The notes beneath the pieces were generated by a model. The model ran no database searches, was not told where the DNA came from, and worked only from the letters and a program-made list of their open reading frames with translations. DNA of 64,000 nt from an uncultured Deinococcaceae bacterium (GTDB lineage Bacteria > Deinococcota > Deinococci > Deinococcales > Deinococcaceae): assembly GCA_964252075.1 (NCBI GenBank), contig CAXULY010000030.1, forward strand, positions 1-64,000. Direction: 5' to 3'. Positions 10,806 through 21,107 of the stretch are shown here, piece by piece. Positions within the stretch are counted from its first letter, which is position 1; each line of letters opens with the position of its first letter. Position numbers and translations under genes: made by a program.

Positions 10806-11738
10806 ATGACCTCAACCGGCACGCCCCCCACCTCCCTGCCCGCTTCTGGCACCGCCGCGGTCGTCGTGACGCACAACCGCAAGGACCTGCTGCTGAAGTG
10901 CCTGCAGGCGCTGCTGGACCAGAGCGCGCCGCTGGACCGCGTGTACGTGGTGGACAACGCCTCCACCGATGGCACCGCCGAGGCCCTCCCGCACGACGCG
11001 CGCCTCATGTACCTGCGCCTGAACGAGAACCTGGGCGGCGCGTACGGCTTCGCGAAAGGCATCGAGGCGGCCCTGCGCGGCGACCACGAGCAGCTGTGGA
11101 TCATGGACGACGACTGCTTCCCCGAGCATGACGCCCTCGCGGCCCTGCTGCCGCACCGCCAGGAGAACACCGTGCTGTGCACGTCCGTCGTGGCGCGCGA
11201 CGGGCGCTTCGACCTGAACCACCGGCGCAGCTTCAACGCCGTCACGCTGAGCGAGCGCCCCGTGCCGGACAGCGTGTACGAGCGGGAGAGCGCGCAGGTG
11301 GACATGTTCACCTTCGTGGGCGTCCTCATTCCGACCAGCGTGATTCAGCGCGCGGGCCTGCCCGTGGACAACTTCTTCTTCATGGGTGACGACTCCGAGT
11401 ACGCGCTGCGCCTGAACCGCCTCGGCGTGCGCACCGTGCTGGTGCCCGCCAGCCGCATCTGGCATCACGGCAGCGTCACGTACCCCGCGCCGCGCGGCCC
11501 CTACAGCGACCGCAAGCACTACTACTTCACGCGCAACAACCTGATCGTGTACCGCCGCTACCGCAGCTCGAACGGCTGGTTCGCGCTGCGCTTCGTGTCC
11601 ATCGGGCTGCGGTCCTTCGCGAGCCTCGCGAAGCACGGGAACCTCAACGCGCGCTCCGCCCGCGTGGGCTTCGAGGCGCTGCGGGACGCGCTGCTGGGCC
11701 GCGCGTACATCAAGCAGTTCGACGCGCCTTCCCGCTGA
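10806..11738 (+). CDS. Glycosyltransferase family 2, probable galactofuranosyltransferase
   Basis: VVVTHNR, VVDNASTDGT, NLGGAYGF, WIMDDD, FFFMGDDSEY, YYFTRN; AAGGAG RBS; adjacent to glf. Confidence 0.85.
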   Translation: MTSTGTPPTSLPASGTAAVVVTHNRKDLLLKCLQALLDQSAPLDRVYVVDNASTDGTAEALPHDARLMYLRLNENLGGAYGFAKGIEAALRGDHEQLWIMDDDCFPEHDALAALLPHRQENTVLCTSVVARDGRFDLNHRRSFNAVTLSERPVPDSVYERESAQVDMFTFVGVLIPTSVIQRAGLPVDNFFFMGDDSEYALRLNRLGVRTVLVPASRIWHHGSVTYPAPRGPYSDRKHYYFTRNNLIVYRRYRSSNGWFALRFVSIGLRSFASLAKHGNLNARSARVGFEALRDALLGRAYIKQFDAPSR

Positions 11739-11920
11739 CCTCGCGCCCGCGCAGCGATCCATTTGCGTTTCGTTGCCGGGCGGCGCGCGAGAGTGGGCGT
11801 ACGCGGTGAACGCGGGGGCCGCTGGGCGCCCCGCGCCGCGCCCGGCCGCCCACTCTCGCGGGGCGCCGACCTCACACCACACCACCCGTGACGCGTCACG
11901 ACAGGTTCTGGAGGCCCGCT

Positions 11921-13069
11921 ATGAAGTTCGACTGGATGATTGTTGGGGCAGGATTCACGGGGGCGACCCTGGCGGAGCGACTGGCGCGAGGGTCGGGGCA
12001 GAAGGTGCTGGTGGTGGACCGCCGCACGCACATCGGTGGGAACGCCTACGACGAGCACAACGCGCACGACATCCTGGTGCACCTGTACGGCCCGCACATC
12101 TTCCACACCAACAGCACCCGCGTGTGGGAGTACCTCTCGCAGTTTACGCGCTGGCGCCCCTACCACCACCGCGTGCTGGGCCTCGTGGATGGCCAGCAGA
12201 TCCCCATCCCCTTCAACCTCGACAGCCTCTACGCGGTGTTCGGGCCGCAGCAGGCGGCGCGCCTGGAGCAGCAGCTGATTGAGCACTTCGGCTTCGGCGT
12301 GAAGGTGCCCATCCTGAAGTTGCGGGAGAGCGCCAGCGGGGACCTGCAGATGCTCGCGGAGTTCATCTACCAGAAGGTGTTCCTGCACTACACGCAGAAG
12401 CAGTGGGGCCTCAAGCCCGAGGAGCTGGACGCCAGCGTGACGGGGCGCGTGCCGGTGTACATCAGCCGCGACGACCGGTACTTCCAGGACACCTACCAGG
12501 CGATGCCGACCCTGGGGTACACGCGGATGTTCCGGGAGATGCTGACGCACCCGAACATCAAGGTGATGCTGAACACCGATTACCGGGAGGTGCAGGGCGC
12601 CGTGCAGTACGACCGGCTGATCTACACGGGCCCCATCGACGAGTACTTCGAGTACCGGCACGGGCCGCTGCCGTACCGCAGCCTGCGCTTCGAGTTCGAG
12701 ACGCGCGAGCAGGCGCAGCACCAGGCGGTGGGGACGGTGAACTACCCGAACGATTACGCGTTCACGCGGATCACGGAGCAGAAGTACCTGAGTGGGCAGC
12801 AGAGCCCGGTGACGACGCTGGTGACGGAATACCCGCAGGCGCACGTGCCGGGGGAGACGGACCCGTACTACCCGATTCCGCGCGAGGAGAGCCGGGCGCT
12901 GTACGAGCGGTACGCGGCGGACGCGCGGGCGCTGGGGGGGCGCGTGGTGTTCGCGGGGCGCCTCGCGGACTACAAGTACTACAACATGGATCAGGCCTGC
13001 GCCCGCGCCCTCAGCCTCTACGACCAGCTTGCTGGCCAACCCACCCCGGCGCCCGAACCGGCCCTGTGA
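11921..13069 (+). CDS. glf: UDP-galactopyranose mutase
   Basis: IVGAGFTG, HIGGNAYD, YGPHIFHTN, YTQKQWG, LPYRSL, PYYPIP, GRLADYKYYNMDQ. Confidence 0.96.
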   Translation: MKFDWMIVGAGFTGATLAERLARGSGQKVLVVDRRTHIGGNAYDEHNAHDILVHLYGPHIFHTNSTRVWEYLSQFTRWRPYHHRVLGLVDGQQIPIPFNLDSLYAVFGPQQAARLEQQLIEHFGFGVKVPILKLRESASGDLQMLAEFIYQKVFLHYTQKQWGLKPEELDASVTGRVPVYISRDDRYFQDTYQAMPTLGYTRMFREMLTHPNIKVMLNTDYREVQGAVQYDRLIYTGPIDEYFEYRHGPLPYRSLRFEFETREQAQHQAVGTVNYPNDYAFTRITEQKYLSGQQSPVTTLVTEYPQAHVPGETDPYYPIPREESRALYERYAADARALGGRVVFAGRLADYKYYNMDQACARALSLYDQLAGQPTPAPEPAL

Positions 13070-13162
13070 CGCCCTGACTCATAAGGTGCGCTTCATGAGA
13101 CCTAAACCCCCGATGGGGGCGGCGCTTATGGCGCTGCCACCAACGCGGCCTAGCGTGAAGTC

Positions 13163-13717
13163 ATGAATGAACTCACGGGCAAGAAAATCGCCATTCTGGT
13201 GGCGGACGGCTTCGAGCAGGTGGAGCTCACCTCGCCGCGCGACGCGCTGCACGCGGCGGGCGCCGTCACGGAGATCGTGAGCCTGAAGGACAGCCCCGTG
13301 CAGGGCATGAACCACGACACCGAGAAGGGCGAGCAGGTTGAGGTGGACGAGGTGGTGGACGCCGTGAGCGCCGCCGACTACGACGGCCTGCTGCTGCCCG
13401 GCGGCGTCGCGAACCCCGATAAGCTGCGCGTGCACCAGGGCGCCATGCGCTTCGTGCGGGACTTCTTCGAGGCGAACAAACCCGTGGCGGCCATCTGCCA
13501 CGCGCCGTGGTCGCTGGTGGAGACGGGCGTGGTGCGCGGGCGTCAGCTCACCAGCTGGCCGAGCCTGCAGACGGACATCCGCAACGCGGGCGGCGAGTGG
13601 CGGGACGAGGAGGTCGTGGTGAGTGGGAACCTCGTCACGAGCCGCAAGCCCGACGACCTCCCCGCCTTCAACAAGGCCATCGTGGCGCTGTACGCCGGGC
13701 AGCCCGTCGCGGGCTGA
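13163..13717 (+). CDS. DJ-1/PfpI family protein (YhbO/PfpI-like protease/deglycase)
   Basis: DGFEQVEL, LPGGVANPD, AICHAPW (nucleophile Cys), TSRKPDDL; TAGCGT -10 box 6 nt before the ATG. Confidence 0.92.
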   Translation: MNELTGKKIAILVADGFEQVELTSPRDALHAAGAVTEIVSLKDSPVQGMNHDTEKGEQVEVDEVVDAVSAADYDGLLLPGGVANPDKLRVHQGAMRFVRDFFEANKPVAAICHAPWSLVETGVVRGRQLTSWPSLQTDIRNAGGEWRDEEVVVSGNLVTSRKPDDLPAFNKAIVALYAGQPVAG

Positions 13718-13731
13718 GCGCCCCCTGCTGC

Positions 13732-13761
13732 GGAGGCCGCCTGCCCGGCGGCCTCCTTTTT
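13732..13761 (+). terminator. Intrinsic terminator
   Basis: GGAGGCCGCC-tgccc-GGCGGCCTCC followed by TTTTT. Confidence 0.85.
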
Positions 13762-13905
13762 GCTACGCTGAAGGCTCAACAGCGCCGCCCCACCGGGCGG
13801 CTGGGCACGGCCCCCACAGGCCCACCTGGCGGAGACTGCACGAGCGGTCTCCCGTTTTTGATTTCTGGAGGAACCCATGCCCCACCCACCCACCCGAGCG
13901 CACCC

Positions 13906-15147
13906 ATGACGGCCTTCCAGCTGGTGTCCCTGCTGGTCACGGTCACGGCCCTGCTGGCCTTCGTGAACCGCCGCTACCTGCGGCTCCCCACCACCATCGG
14001 CGTGACGGTCGCGGGCCTTGTGCTGTCCCTGGTGCTGCTGGCACTCACGGACACCGCTCTGCCCGTCGCGCAGGCGCTGGTGCACACCCTGGAGGGCGTG
14101 AAGTTCAACGACGTGCTGTTCCAGGGCCTGCTGGGCTTCCTGCTGTTCTCCGGCGCGCTCAGCGTGAACACCCGCGCGCTCCTCGCGCAGAGCGGCGCGG
14201 TCCTGACCTTCGCGCTGGTTTCCACGGTGCTGTCTGTCGTGCTGGTCGGCTCGCTGGTGTTCGGGCTGCTGCACCTCGTGGGCATTGACATCTCGTTCGC
14301 GTTCGCGCTGCTGTTCGGCGCGATCATCTCCCCGACGGACCCCGTCGCGGTCCTGGACCTGCTGAAGCGCGCGCGCGTCCCCGTGCGGCTGGAGACCCTG
14401 ATCGCTGGGGAGTCCCTCTTCAACGATGGGGTGGGCGTCGTGCTGTTCGCGGTGCTGCTGGCCGTCGCGACGGGCGGCGCGTCCCTGTCCGGGCTGGAGG
14501 TGGTGGGCCTCTTCGCGCGCGAGGCGCTCGGCGGCGTGGCCTTCGGGCTGCTGCTCGGGTGGCTCGCGTACCGCCTGCTGCGCGTCGTGGACGACTACGT
14601 GGTGGAGGTCCTCATCACGCTCGCGGTCGTGACGGGCGGCTACGTCCTCGCGGACCTCCTGCACGTCTCCGGGCCCCTCGCGATGGTTGTGGCGGGCCTC
14701 CTCGTGGGGCGCGTCACGGAGACCGGCGTGCTGTCCGACACCACCCGCCCGCGCTTCGAGGGCTTCTGGCACCTCACCGAGGAACTCCTGAACACCGGCC
14801 TGTTCGTGCTGATCGCGCTGGAGGTCATCGCCGTGAACTTCTCGCCCATCACGCTGTTGGTGGGCGTGCTGTGCGTGCCCATCGTGCTGTTCGCGCGCGC
14901 CCTGAGCGTGCGCCTGCCGCTGCTGGCCTTGCAGCGCCGCTACCGCTTCTCGCCGTTCACGTCGCGCGTCATGACGTGGGGCGGCCTGCGCGGCGGCATC
15001 GCGGTCGCGCTCGCCTTCAGCATGCCCGAAGGCCCCGCGCGGAACACCTTCATGGTGCTCACGTACGTGGTGGTGGTGTTCTCCATCGTGGTGCAGGGCC
15101 TCAGCATGGACCGCCTCGCGCAGAGGGCCGCGCAGGCGAGCGAATGA
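13906..15147 (+). CDS. CPA1 family Na+/H+ antiporter (NhaP-like)
   Basis: ISPTDPVAV, GESLFNDG and WGGLRGGIAVALA motifs; polytopic membrane protein. Confidence 0.92.
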   Translation: MTAFQLVSLLVTVTALLAFVNRRYLRLPTTIGVTVAGLVLSLVLLALTDTALPVAQALVHTLEGVKFNDVLFQGLLGFLLFSGALSVNTRALLAQSGAVLTFALVSTVLSVVLVGSLVFGLLHLVGIDISFAFALLFGAIISPTDPVAVLDLLKRARVPVRLETLIAGESLFNDGVGVVLFAVLLAVATGGASLSGLEVVGLFAREALGGVAFGLLLGWLAYRLLRVVDDYVVEVLITLAVVTGGYVLADLLHVSGPLAMVVAGLLVGRVTETGVLSDTTRPRFEGFWHLTEELLNTGLFVLIALEVIAVNFSPITLLVGVLCVPIVLFARALSVRLPLLALQRRYRFSPFTSRVMTWGGLRGGIAVALAFSMPEGPARNTFMVLTYVVVVFSIVVQGLSMDRLAQRAAQASE

Positions 15148-15290
15148 CGCGCGAAGCTGACGCGCACCTGTTCGGTGCGCCAAGGGCACTTGAAGTGCCG
15201 CATGAGCGTCGTCTCATCTGCGTGTGGTCCAGTTGCAGCAGGAGCGTGCCACACCGCTCAAACCCGCGTTTCACCTCAACAGGAGGAAGC

Positions 15291-16385
15291 ATGAAAGCAC
15301 TCACCCTCAGCCTGGCCCTCATGGGCGCCGCCGCCCTCGCGCAGGACGCGGGGAGCGCCCTCACGCAGGCGCAGAGCCTCGCCGACCAGGCGCGCAAAGC
15401 CTACCCGCAGAACAGCTGGAACATCGAGCGGCCCCTCTGGAAGCAGGCCGCCGCCGCCGCCGAGCAGGCCGTCGCGGCCGCCCCGAACGACGCGACCGCC
15501 CTCAAGGTGCGCGCGCAGATCTACACGGACGTGCGCTTCTGGCGCAAGGCGGAACTCGGCTGGGATGCGTACCTCGCGCAGAACGCCAGTGACGCCACCG
15601 CCAAGCAGACGGCCGCCACCGTGCAGTACAACCTCGGATACGCCGCGTACCAGCGCGCCAGCCTCCCCGAGGCGAGCGCCGCCTTCGCGAAGTGCCTGAC
15701 GTTCGACCCCACGAACGGCGCGTGCGCCGAGTGGGGCGGACGCACCGCGCTGGAGTCCGCGCAGTTCCCGCAGGCCGTCGCGCTGTACCAGCAGGCCGTG
15801 CAGATCAACCCGCAGAACAAGGTCGCGGCGTACTTCGCGGGCGTCGCCCAGCAGGCCAGTACCTACGGCCCCGCCGCCACGCAGGCCTTCAGCCGCGCGT
15901 ACCAGGACTACACGGCGGGCGACAAGCAGAAGGCCCTCACGGGCTACAAGACCGCCACCGCGAGCGCCCCCACCTTCCTGGAGGCGTGGCGTCAGGAGGG
16001 CCGCGTCGCGCTGGAACTGCAGGACGCCGCCACCGCCGCGCAGGCCTACGGCGCGGCCGCCGCGCTGCCCGGCGCGAACGCCACCGACAAGTACAACCTG
16101 TCCGTCGCGCAGGAAGGCCAGCAGTACGGCCTCGCCGCCGTGACCACCTTCCGCAACGCCTACAGCAAGTACGCGGCGGGCGACAAGGCGGGCGCCGAGG
16201 CGGGCTTCCTGGCGGCCACGCAGGCGAACGCCAACTACGCCAAGGCGTGGTCGTGGCTGGGCCGCGCCCGCTACGACCAGAAGAACTACACGGGCGCCGC
16301 CGACGCCTACGGTCAGGCCGTCAAGCTCGACCCGAACGACAAGACCAGTGCCTACTACCTGGGCCTCGCACAGCAAGGCAAGTAA
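15291..16385 (+). CDS. Secreted tetratricopeptide-repeat protein
   Basis: AGGAGG RBS; signal peptide [17 protein letters not shown]; repeated TPR-like units ([19 protein letters not shown]...Y.QAV..DP). Confidence 0.85.
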   Translation: MKALTLSLALMGAAALAQDAGSALTQAQSLADQARKAYPQNSWNIERPLWKQAAAAAEQAVAAAPNDATALKVRAQIYTDVRFWRKAELGWDAYLAQNASDATAKQTAATVQYNLGYAAYQRASLPEASAAFAKCLTFDPTNGACAEWGGRTALESAQFPQAVALYQQAVQINPQNKVAAYFAGVAQQASTYGPAATQAFSRAYQDYTAGDKQKALTGYKTATASAPTFLEAWRQEGRVALELQDAATAAQAYGAAAALPGANATDKYNLSVAQEGQQYGLAAVTTFRNAYSKYAAGDKAGAEAGFLAATQANANYAKAWSWLGRARYDQKNYTGAADAYGQAVKLDPNDKTSAYYLGLAQQGK

Positions 16386-16392
16386 AGGGAGA

Positions 16393-16430
16393 AGTGAGGG
16401 GCCGCCCCAGCACCGGGGCGGCCCCTCACT
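16393..16430. terminator. Hairpin between convergent genes (likely bidirectional terminator)
   Basis: AGTGAGGGGCCGCCCC-agcacc-GGGGCGGCCCCTCACT. Confidence 0.7.
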
Positions 16431-17082
16431 GCGCGGCGCACAGCAGGGTCAGGCGCTCCTCGAAGGACGGCAGGCCGCGCGGCGTGACGTGCGCCGCCCA
16501 GTGCGCCCGGTCCGGCTCCAGGTGGTTGAACTCGCACATCAGCGCGTAGTCCTCCCAGGTGGGCAGCCACGCCCGCACCCGCGCGCGCCACTCGCCCAGT
16601 ACGGCCCAGCCCACCGCGGTGAGTCGCTCGCGCGCCTGCGGCACGTCCCCGCCCGGCCCCACGTACAGGAAGCGCGCGCCAGGAGCCGCCAGCGCCGACA
16701 GGTGCGGAATCACGCTCGTCGGCCCACGCCGCGACACGATCAGGTCGAAGGGCGCACCCAGGTCCGGAGGCGGCGTGCCCTTGCCGTCCCACAACACGAA
16801 GTGGGTGGTTGGGGCGTTCCGGCGCGCCAGCGCCAGCAACTCCGGGCTGAAATCGTACCCCACCCACGCCGCCGCCCGAGGACTAAAGCGCGCCGCGTCC
16901 GGACCGTGCCCGCACCCCGCCTCCAGCACCCGCGCGCCCGGCGTGAGCAGATCCGTGAGCAGCGCGTCATACACGCCCTCCGGGTCGGGGCCGTCCAAGT
17001 GACGCGCCCACGGATGCAGGTACCCGCCGTACCGCGCGGCCACCTCGGCCAGCCACGCGCGGGAGTGAGGGGTGGGCGGCAC
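16426..17082 (-). CDS. Class I SAM-dependent methyltransferase
   Basis: VLEAGCGHG motif [23 protein letters not shown] -10 box 6 nt upstream of the GTG. Confidence 0.85.
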   Translation of the reverse strand: MPPTPHSRAWLAEVAARYGGYLHPWARHLDGPDPEGVYDALLTDLLTPGARVLEAGCGHGPDAARFSPRAAAWVGYDFSPELLALARRNAPTTHFVLWDGKGTPPPDLGAPFDLIVSRRGPTSVIPHLSALAAPGARFLYVGPGGDVPQARERLTAVGWAVLGEWRARVRAWLPTWEDYALMCEFNHLEPDRAHWAAHVTPRGLPSFEERLTLLCAAQ

Positions 17083-17115
17083 GCCGCCAGTCTACGCGCC
17101 CGCTACACTCACCTC

Positions 17116-17595
17116 ATGCTTCCCTACCGCATCGGTTACGGCGAGGACGCCCACCGCCTCGAGGCGGGCCGCCCCCTCGTCCTGGGCGGCGTGCCCGTGA
17201 GTGGCGCGCCACGCGGCGCTGTGGCGCACAGCGACGGCGACGCCCTGCTGCACGCCGTCTCGGACGCGCTGCTCGCGGCGCTCGCGCTCGGCGACATCGG
17301 GCATTACTTCCCGGACACCGACCCCATGAACAAGGACCTGGACAGCCGCACCATCCTGCGGCGCGCCCTGGACCTCGTGCGCGCGCGCGGGTACACGCCC
17401 GGCAACGTCACGGCGGTCGTCACACTGGATCGCCCGAAGCTCGCCGCGCAACGCCAGGAGATCGCGCGCGGCCTCGCGGACCTCCTGGGCCTGGAACTCA
17501 CGGAGGTTGGCCTGGGCTTCAAGACCAGCGAGGGCCTCGCGCCGGACCACATCCAGACGCGCGCCACGGTGCTGCTCCTCCATGACGCCCACTGA
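17116..17595 (+). CDS. ispF: 2-C-methyl-D-erythritol 2,4-cyclodiphosphate synthase
   Basis: [44 protein letters not shown] -10 box 6 nt upstream. Confidence 0.95.
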   Translation: MLPYRIGYGEDAHRLEAGRPLVLGGVPVSGAPRGAVAHSDGDALLHAVSDALLAALALGDIGHYFPDTDPMNKDLDSRTILRRALDLVRARGYTPGNVTAVVTLDRPKLAAQRQEIARGLADLLGLELTEVGLGFKTSEGLAPDHIQTRATVLLLHDAH

Positions 17596-18052
17596 CGCGC
17601 CACTGCTGCACGTCGTGCTGTTCGAACCGGAGAACGCCGGGAACGTCGGGAACATCGCGCGCACCTGCGCGGTCCTGGGCGCGGAACTGCACCTCATCCG
17701 GCCCTTCGGCTTCCGGCTGCACGACCGCGAGTTCCAGCGCGCCGCGATGGATTACCTGCAGGGCGTGCGCCTGCACGACCACGCCAGCTGGACGGCCCTC
17801 GCGGGCACCCTGCCGCCCGACGCGCGCATCCACGCCTTCAGCGCGCGGGCGCACACCAGCCACACCGCCACGGCCTTCCAGCAGGGCGATTACCTGCTGT
17901 TCGGCCCTGAGAGTCGGGGCCTCCCCACCTGGCTGACCGAGGCGCTCCCCGGCGTGGTCATCCCACACCCGGCGGGCGGGCGCAGCCTGAACCTCGCCGT
18001 CGCGGTCGGCGTGGGCAGCTTCGAGGCCGCCCGGCAGATCCTGAAGTGGTGA
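17582..18052 (+). CDS. trmL: tRNA (cytidine/uridine-34 2'-O)-methyltransferase, SpoU family
   Basis: [48 protein letters not shown]. Confidence 0.92.
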   Translation: MTPTDAPLLHVVLFEPENAGNVGNIARTCAVLGAELHLIRPFGFRLHDREFQRAAMDYLQGVRLHDHASWTALAGTLPPDARIHAFSARAHTSHTATAFQQGDYLLFGPESRGLPTWLTEALPGVVIPHPAGGRSLNLAVAVGVGSFEAARQILKW

Positions 18053-18111
18053 GTCGGACCACCGCAGGGGAGCGCTGCACATGCTGCGCGGGGCGATTCC
18101 CGGCCCGGTGG

Positions 18112-18855
18112 TTACTGAGCCATTCTGTTCATGTACTGCTGGACACTGTTGAGGCTTCCGAGGTCAATGTGCTGGGCTTTGGCCTGCTGTAACTGGCTGC
18201 CAGTCAAGACGACATACCTGTAACTGGAGTCGCCGACAGCGTGAGACTGCACTTCTGAGGTTGCGTCTAGAAAGCCAATCCCAGTGACGTAATAGTAAAA
18301 AACCAGGGTGCCGGGCGTTGCCAGTGCAACGACATTGTAGATGTTGTTGTCGTTGAACGAGCCATTGACCCCGTTTGTATAGGGTAGAAGCTGCCAGTAC
18401 TGGTCATACACCTTCCTGTACACCAGGACGGCGCCGTTGCTCATAACAGCGCTGGTGATGGCTGGTGCAGAGACAGCAGCTTTGCGAGCTGGCCAGTACA
18501 GTGTTGCCCTGTTGCCAAATTCCAGAGGATAACCTGATCCGTCATATACAAAGTCGGCATCTGTCAGTGTAAACGCCGCGCTGCTGGTCACTGAGCCGGG
18601 TCCGGCCGGCCCCGTTGGGCCGGTGGGGCCGGCCGGACCGGTTGCGCCGGTCGGTCCCGTCGCCCCAGTCGTCCCGGTTGTTCCTGGAGCACCGGGAGAG
18701 CCGGTGGCCCCCGTTGCGCCAGTCGGGCCCTGCGGACCTTCGGCACCAGCGGGACCTTGAGGGCCAGTGGCGCCCACACCAGCCGAGCAGGCCGAGAGGC
18801 TCAGGACCAAGGGGAGGGTCAGAGTGGCCACAGCCATGAGGCGTTTCCTGTTCAT
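18112..18855 (-). CDS. Collagen-like lipoprotein (Gly-X-Y region plus aromatic-rich globular C-terminal domain)
   Basis: Basic N-terminus, hydrophobic stretch and LSAC lipobox (Cys23); 20 uninterrupted Gly-X-Y triplets; GC well below the flanks. Confidence 0.85.
   Translation of the reverse strand: MNRKRLMAVATLTLPLVLSLSACSAGVGATGPQGPAGAEGPQGPTGATGATGSPGAPGTTGTTGATGPTGATGPAGPTGPTGPAGPGSVTSSAAFTLTDADFVYDGSGYPLEFGNRATLYWPARKAAVSAPAITSAVMSNGAVLVYRKVYDQYWQLLPYTNGVNGSFNDNNIYNVVALATPGTLVFYYYVTGIGFLDATSEVQSHAVGDSSYRYVVLTGSQLQQAKAQHIDLGSLNSVQQYMNRMAQ
18595..18774 (-). repeat. Gly-X-Y collagen-like repeat (20 triplets, 11 with Thr at Y)
   Basis: [60 protein letters not shown]. Confidence 0.9.
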
Positions 18856-18938
18856 CTCACCCACCGTACACAATATCCATATGGCAGTAAGGCTGTGCTG
18901 TAGCGCCGCGCTGTTGAAGTCCCGCATACTGCTGACCT

Positions 18939-20033
18939 GTGCCCCAGCGCATCTGCCTGAACATGATCGTGAAGAACGAGGCGCACGTCATCGAGCGCTG
19001 CCTGACCTCCGTGCGGCCCTTCATCAGCGAGTGGCTGATCGTCGATACGGGCAGCACGGACGGCACCCAGAACCTGATCCGCCACGTGCTGGTGGACGTG
19101 CCAGGCCGGGTGGTGGAGCGGCCCTGGGTGGACTTCGCGCACAACCGCACGGAAGCCCTGCGCCTCACGCCAAAAGACGCGGATTACCTGCTGTTCATCG
19201 ACGCGGACGGTGAACTCGTCGCGGACCCCGGCTTCGTGATGCCCGACCTGACCGCCGACGCCTACGATCTGGAAATCCAGTATGCCAACCTGCGGTACAC
19301 CTTCCGTCACCTCGTGCGCCGCGCTCTGCCGTGGCGGTACGAAGGCGTGCTGCACGAGTACCTGACGGGCCCGGCGCACTTCACGAACGGCGGGGTGCTG
19401 CCGGGCCTGCACCTCCTGGCGCGGCACGAGGGCGCGCGTTCCCGCGATCCCCAGACCTACCGCAAGGACGTGGAGGTGCTGGAGCGCGCCCTCAGCAAGG
19501 ACCCGCAGAACAGCCGCTCCACCTTCTACCTCGCCCAGAGCCACCGGGACGCCGGTCAGCTGGAGCAGGCCATCGAGTGGTACGCCCGCCGGGTGCCCAT
19601 GGGCGGCTGGCCGGAGGAGGTGTGGTACAGCCTGTACCAGGTGGCGGTGCTGCGGGAGCGGCTGGGTCACCCCTGGCCGGAGGTGATGGATGCGTACCTG
19701 ATGGCGCACGCGTACCACCCGGGTCGCGCGGAGGCGCTGTACCGGGTGGGCATGCAGTACCAGGGCCTGGGGGCGTACCCGCTGTCGCACCTGTTCCTGG
19801 AGCGGGCGGCGCGCATTCCCCTGCCGCAGAACGGTCTGTTCGTGGAGCAGGCGGTGTACGCGCATCATGCGGCGATCGAGACGGCCGTCGCGGAGTACCA
19901 CCTGGGGCAGCACGAGGCGGCCCTCGCGCGCTATGACGCGCTCCTGTCCCGTCCGGACCTCCCGGAGGACATCCGGGCGCTGGTGCACCGCAACCAGCAG
20001 TTCAGCTGGGCAGCCCTGGGGCGGCCGGGCTGA
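18939..20033 (+). CDS. GT2 glycosyltransferase with C-terminal TPR repeats (protein O-glycosyltransferase-like)
   Basis: [47 protein letters not shown]-like FYLAQS..DAG..EQAIEWY and RAEALY. Confidence 0.88.
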   Translation: MPQRICLNMIVKNEAHVIERCLTSVRPFISEWLIVDTGSTDGTQNLIRHVLVDVPGRVVERPWVDFAHNRTEALRLTPKDADYLLFIDADGELVADPGFVMPDLTADAYDLEIQYANLRYTFRHLVRRALPWRYEGVLHEYLTGPAHFTNGGVLPGLHLLARHEGARSRDPQTYRKDVEVLERALSKDPQNSRSTFYLAQSHRDAGQLEQAIEWYARRVPMGGWPEEVWYSLYQVAVLRERLGHPWPEVMDAYLMAHAYHPGRAEALYRVGMQYQGLGAYPLSHLFLERAARIPLPQNGLFVEQAVYAHHAAIETAVAEYHLGQHEAALARYDALLSRPDLPEDIRALVHRNQQFSWAALGRPG

Positions 20034-20040
20034 GGGGCGG

Positions 20041-21087
20041 TCAGGCGAAGCGCCTGGGCGGGTCCATCACCTGGCGCACCCGCTGAAGCATGAGGCCGCC
20101 TGGTGGGACCCCCACATGGGCGTCTTCATGGCCGCGCAGCACCAGGCCACCCAGACCAAGGGCCTTCAGGTGTGCGTTCAGGCGTGGCAGGTCGGCCTCG
20201 TTGCCGCTCACCCACGCGAGGTTCCCCCCCGCGCTGTAGCGCCGCGAGAAGCCGGAGAGCCCCGCATCGAGGGTCAGTACCTGCTCCGGCGTGAGGGGCA
20301 CGCGGACCAGCAGCGGACCATCCGCCCACCGGAACTCGCGCGCCTCACCCCAGGTCGGTTCGTCCGGCAGCACCTCGGCGGGCCGACCCAGGAACGCGGC
20401 GAGGCGGGCCGCGCGCGCGTCCAGCGCCGCCTCCACGCCCCCGATGCGGAGCAGCAGCGTGCCTTCGGGCCGTAGGTCCAGGCAGATGAGGTCGAACGGG
20501 GCGGCGGCGAGGCGCAGCAGGGCGCTCAGCGCTTCACCCAGAGTTCCGTACTTGAAGGCGAGGGTGCGGTGCGCGGGCGGGGCGGGGAAGACCTTGAAAC
20601 TCAGCTCCGTCAGCACCCCAAGTTGGCCCACGCTGCCCACCATCAGTTTCGGGAGGTCGAAGCCCGCCGCGTTCTTCACCACGCGCCCCCCGCCGCGCCG
20701 GAGGGTGCCCGTGCCGTCTACGAACTGCACGCCCAGCACGAAGTCCCGCACGCCGCCGTACCGCCAGCGGCCCGGCCCGGAGAGGCCCGCCGCGACCGTG
20801 CCGCCGAGCGTGGCGCCCGCGTCCACGAGGGGCGGGTCGAAGGGGAGGTGCTGCCCGTGCCGCGCGAGCAGGGCGTTCACGTCGCGCACGGGCGTGCCGG
20901 CGAGGGCGGTGAAGGTGTACTCGGCGGGGTCGTAGGCCAGGACGCCCGAGAGCCCGCTCAGGTCCAGCGACGTCACGCCGCTCGGCGCGTTGCTCAGCGC
21001 GGGTTTGCTGCCCCCGCCGCGCGCCCGCACGCGTGGGTGGGCGCACACGAACGCCGCGACTTCCTCGGGTGTCATGGCTGCGCCCAT
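20041..21087 (-). CDS. glcE: Glycolate oxidase FAD-binding subunit (GlcE-like)
   Basis: RGGGSK, YDPAEYT, PFDPP, ATLGG.VA.GLSGP, GG.VVKNAAGFDLPKLMVGS.G.LGVLTE; start at 21087 or 21075. Confidence 0.85.
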   Translation of the reverse strand: MGAAMTPEEVAAFVCAHPRVRARGGGSKPALSNAPSGVTSLDLSGLSGVLAYDPAEYTFTALAGTPVRDVNALLARHGQHLPFDPPLVDAGATLGGTVAAGLSGPGRWRYGGVRDFVLGVQFVDGTGTLRRGGGRVVKNAAGFDLPKLMVGSVGQLGVLTELSFKVFPAPPAHRTLAFKYGTLGEALSALLRLAAAPFDLICLDLRPEGTLLLRIGGVEAALDARAARLAAFLGRPAEVLPDEPTWGEAREFRWADGPLLVRVPLTPEQVLTLDAGLSGFSRRYSAGGNLAWVSGNEADLPRLNAHLKALGLGGLVLRGHEDAHVGVPPGGLMLQRVRQVMDPPRRFA

Positions 21088-21107
21088 TCCGGCGCATGAT
21101 GCGGGGC

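Noticed and set aside
15144..15290. In-frame ATG overlapping the antiporter stop, which would extend the TPR protein by 49 aa
   Set aside because: The perfect AGGAGG RBS and the signal peptide at 15291 make that the likelier start.
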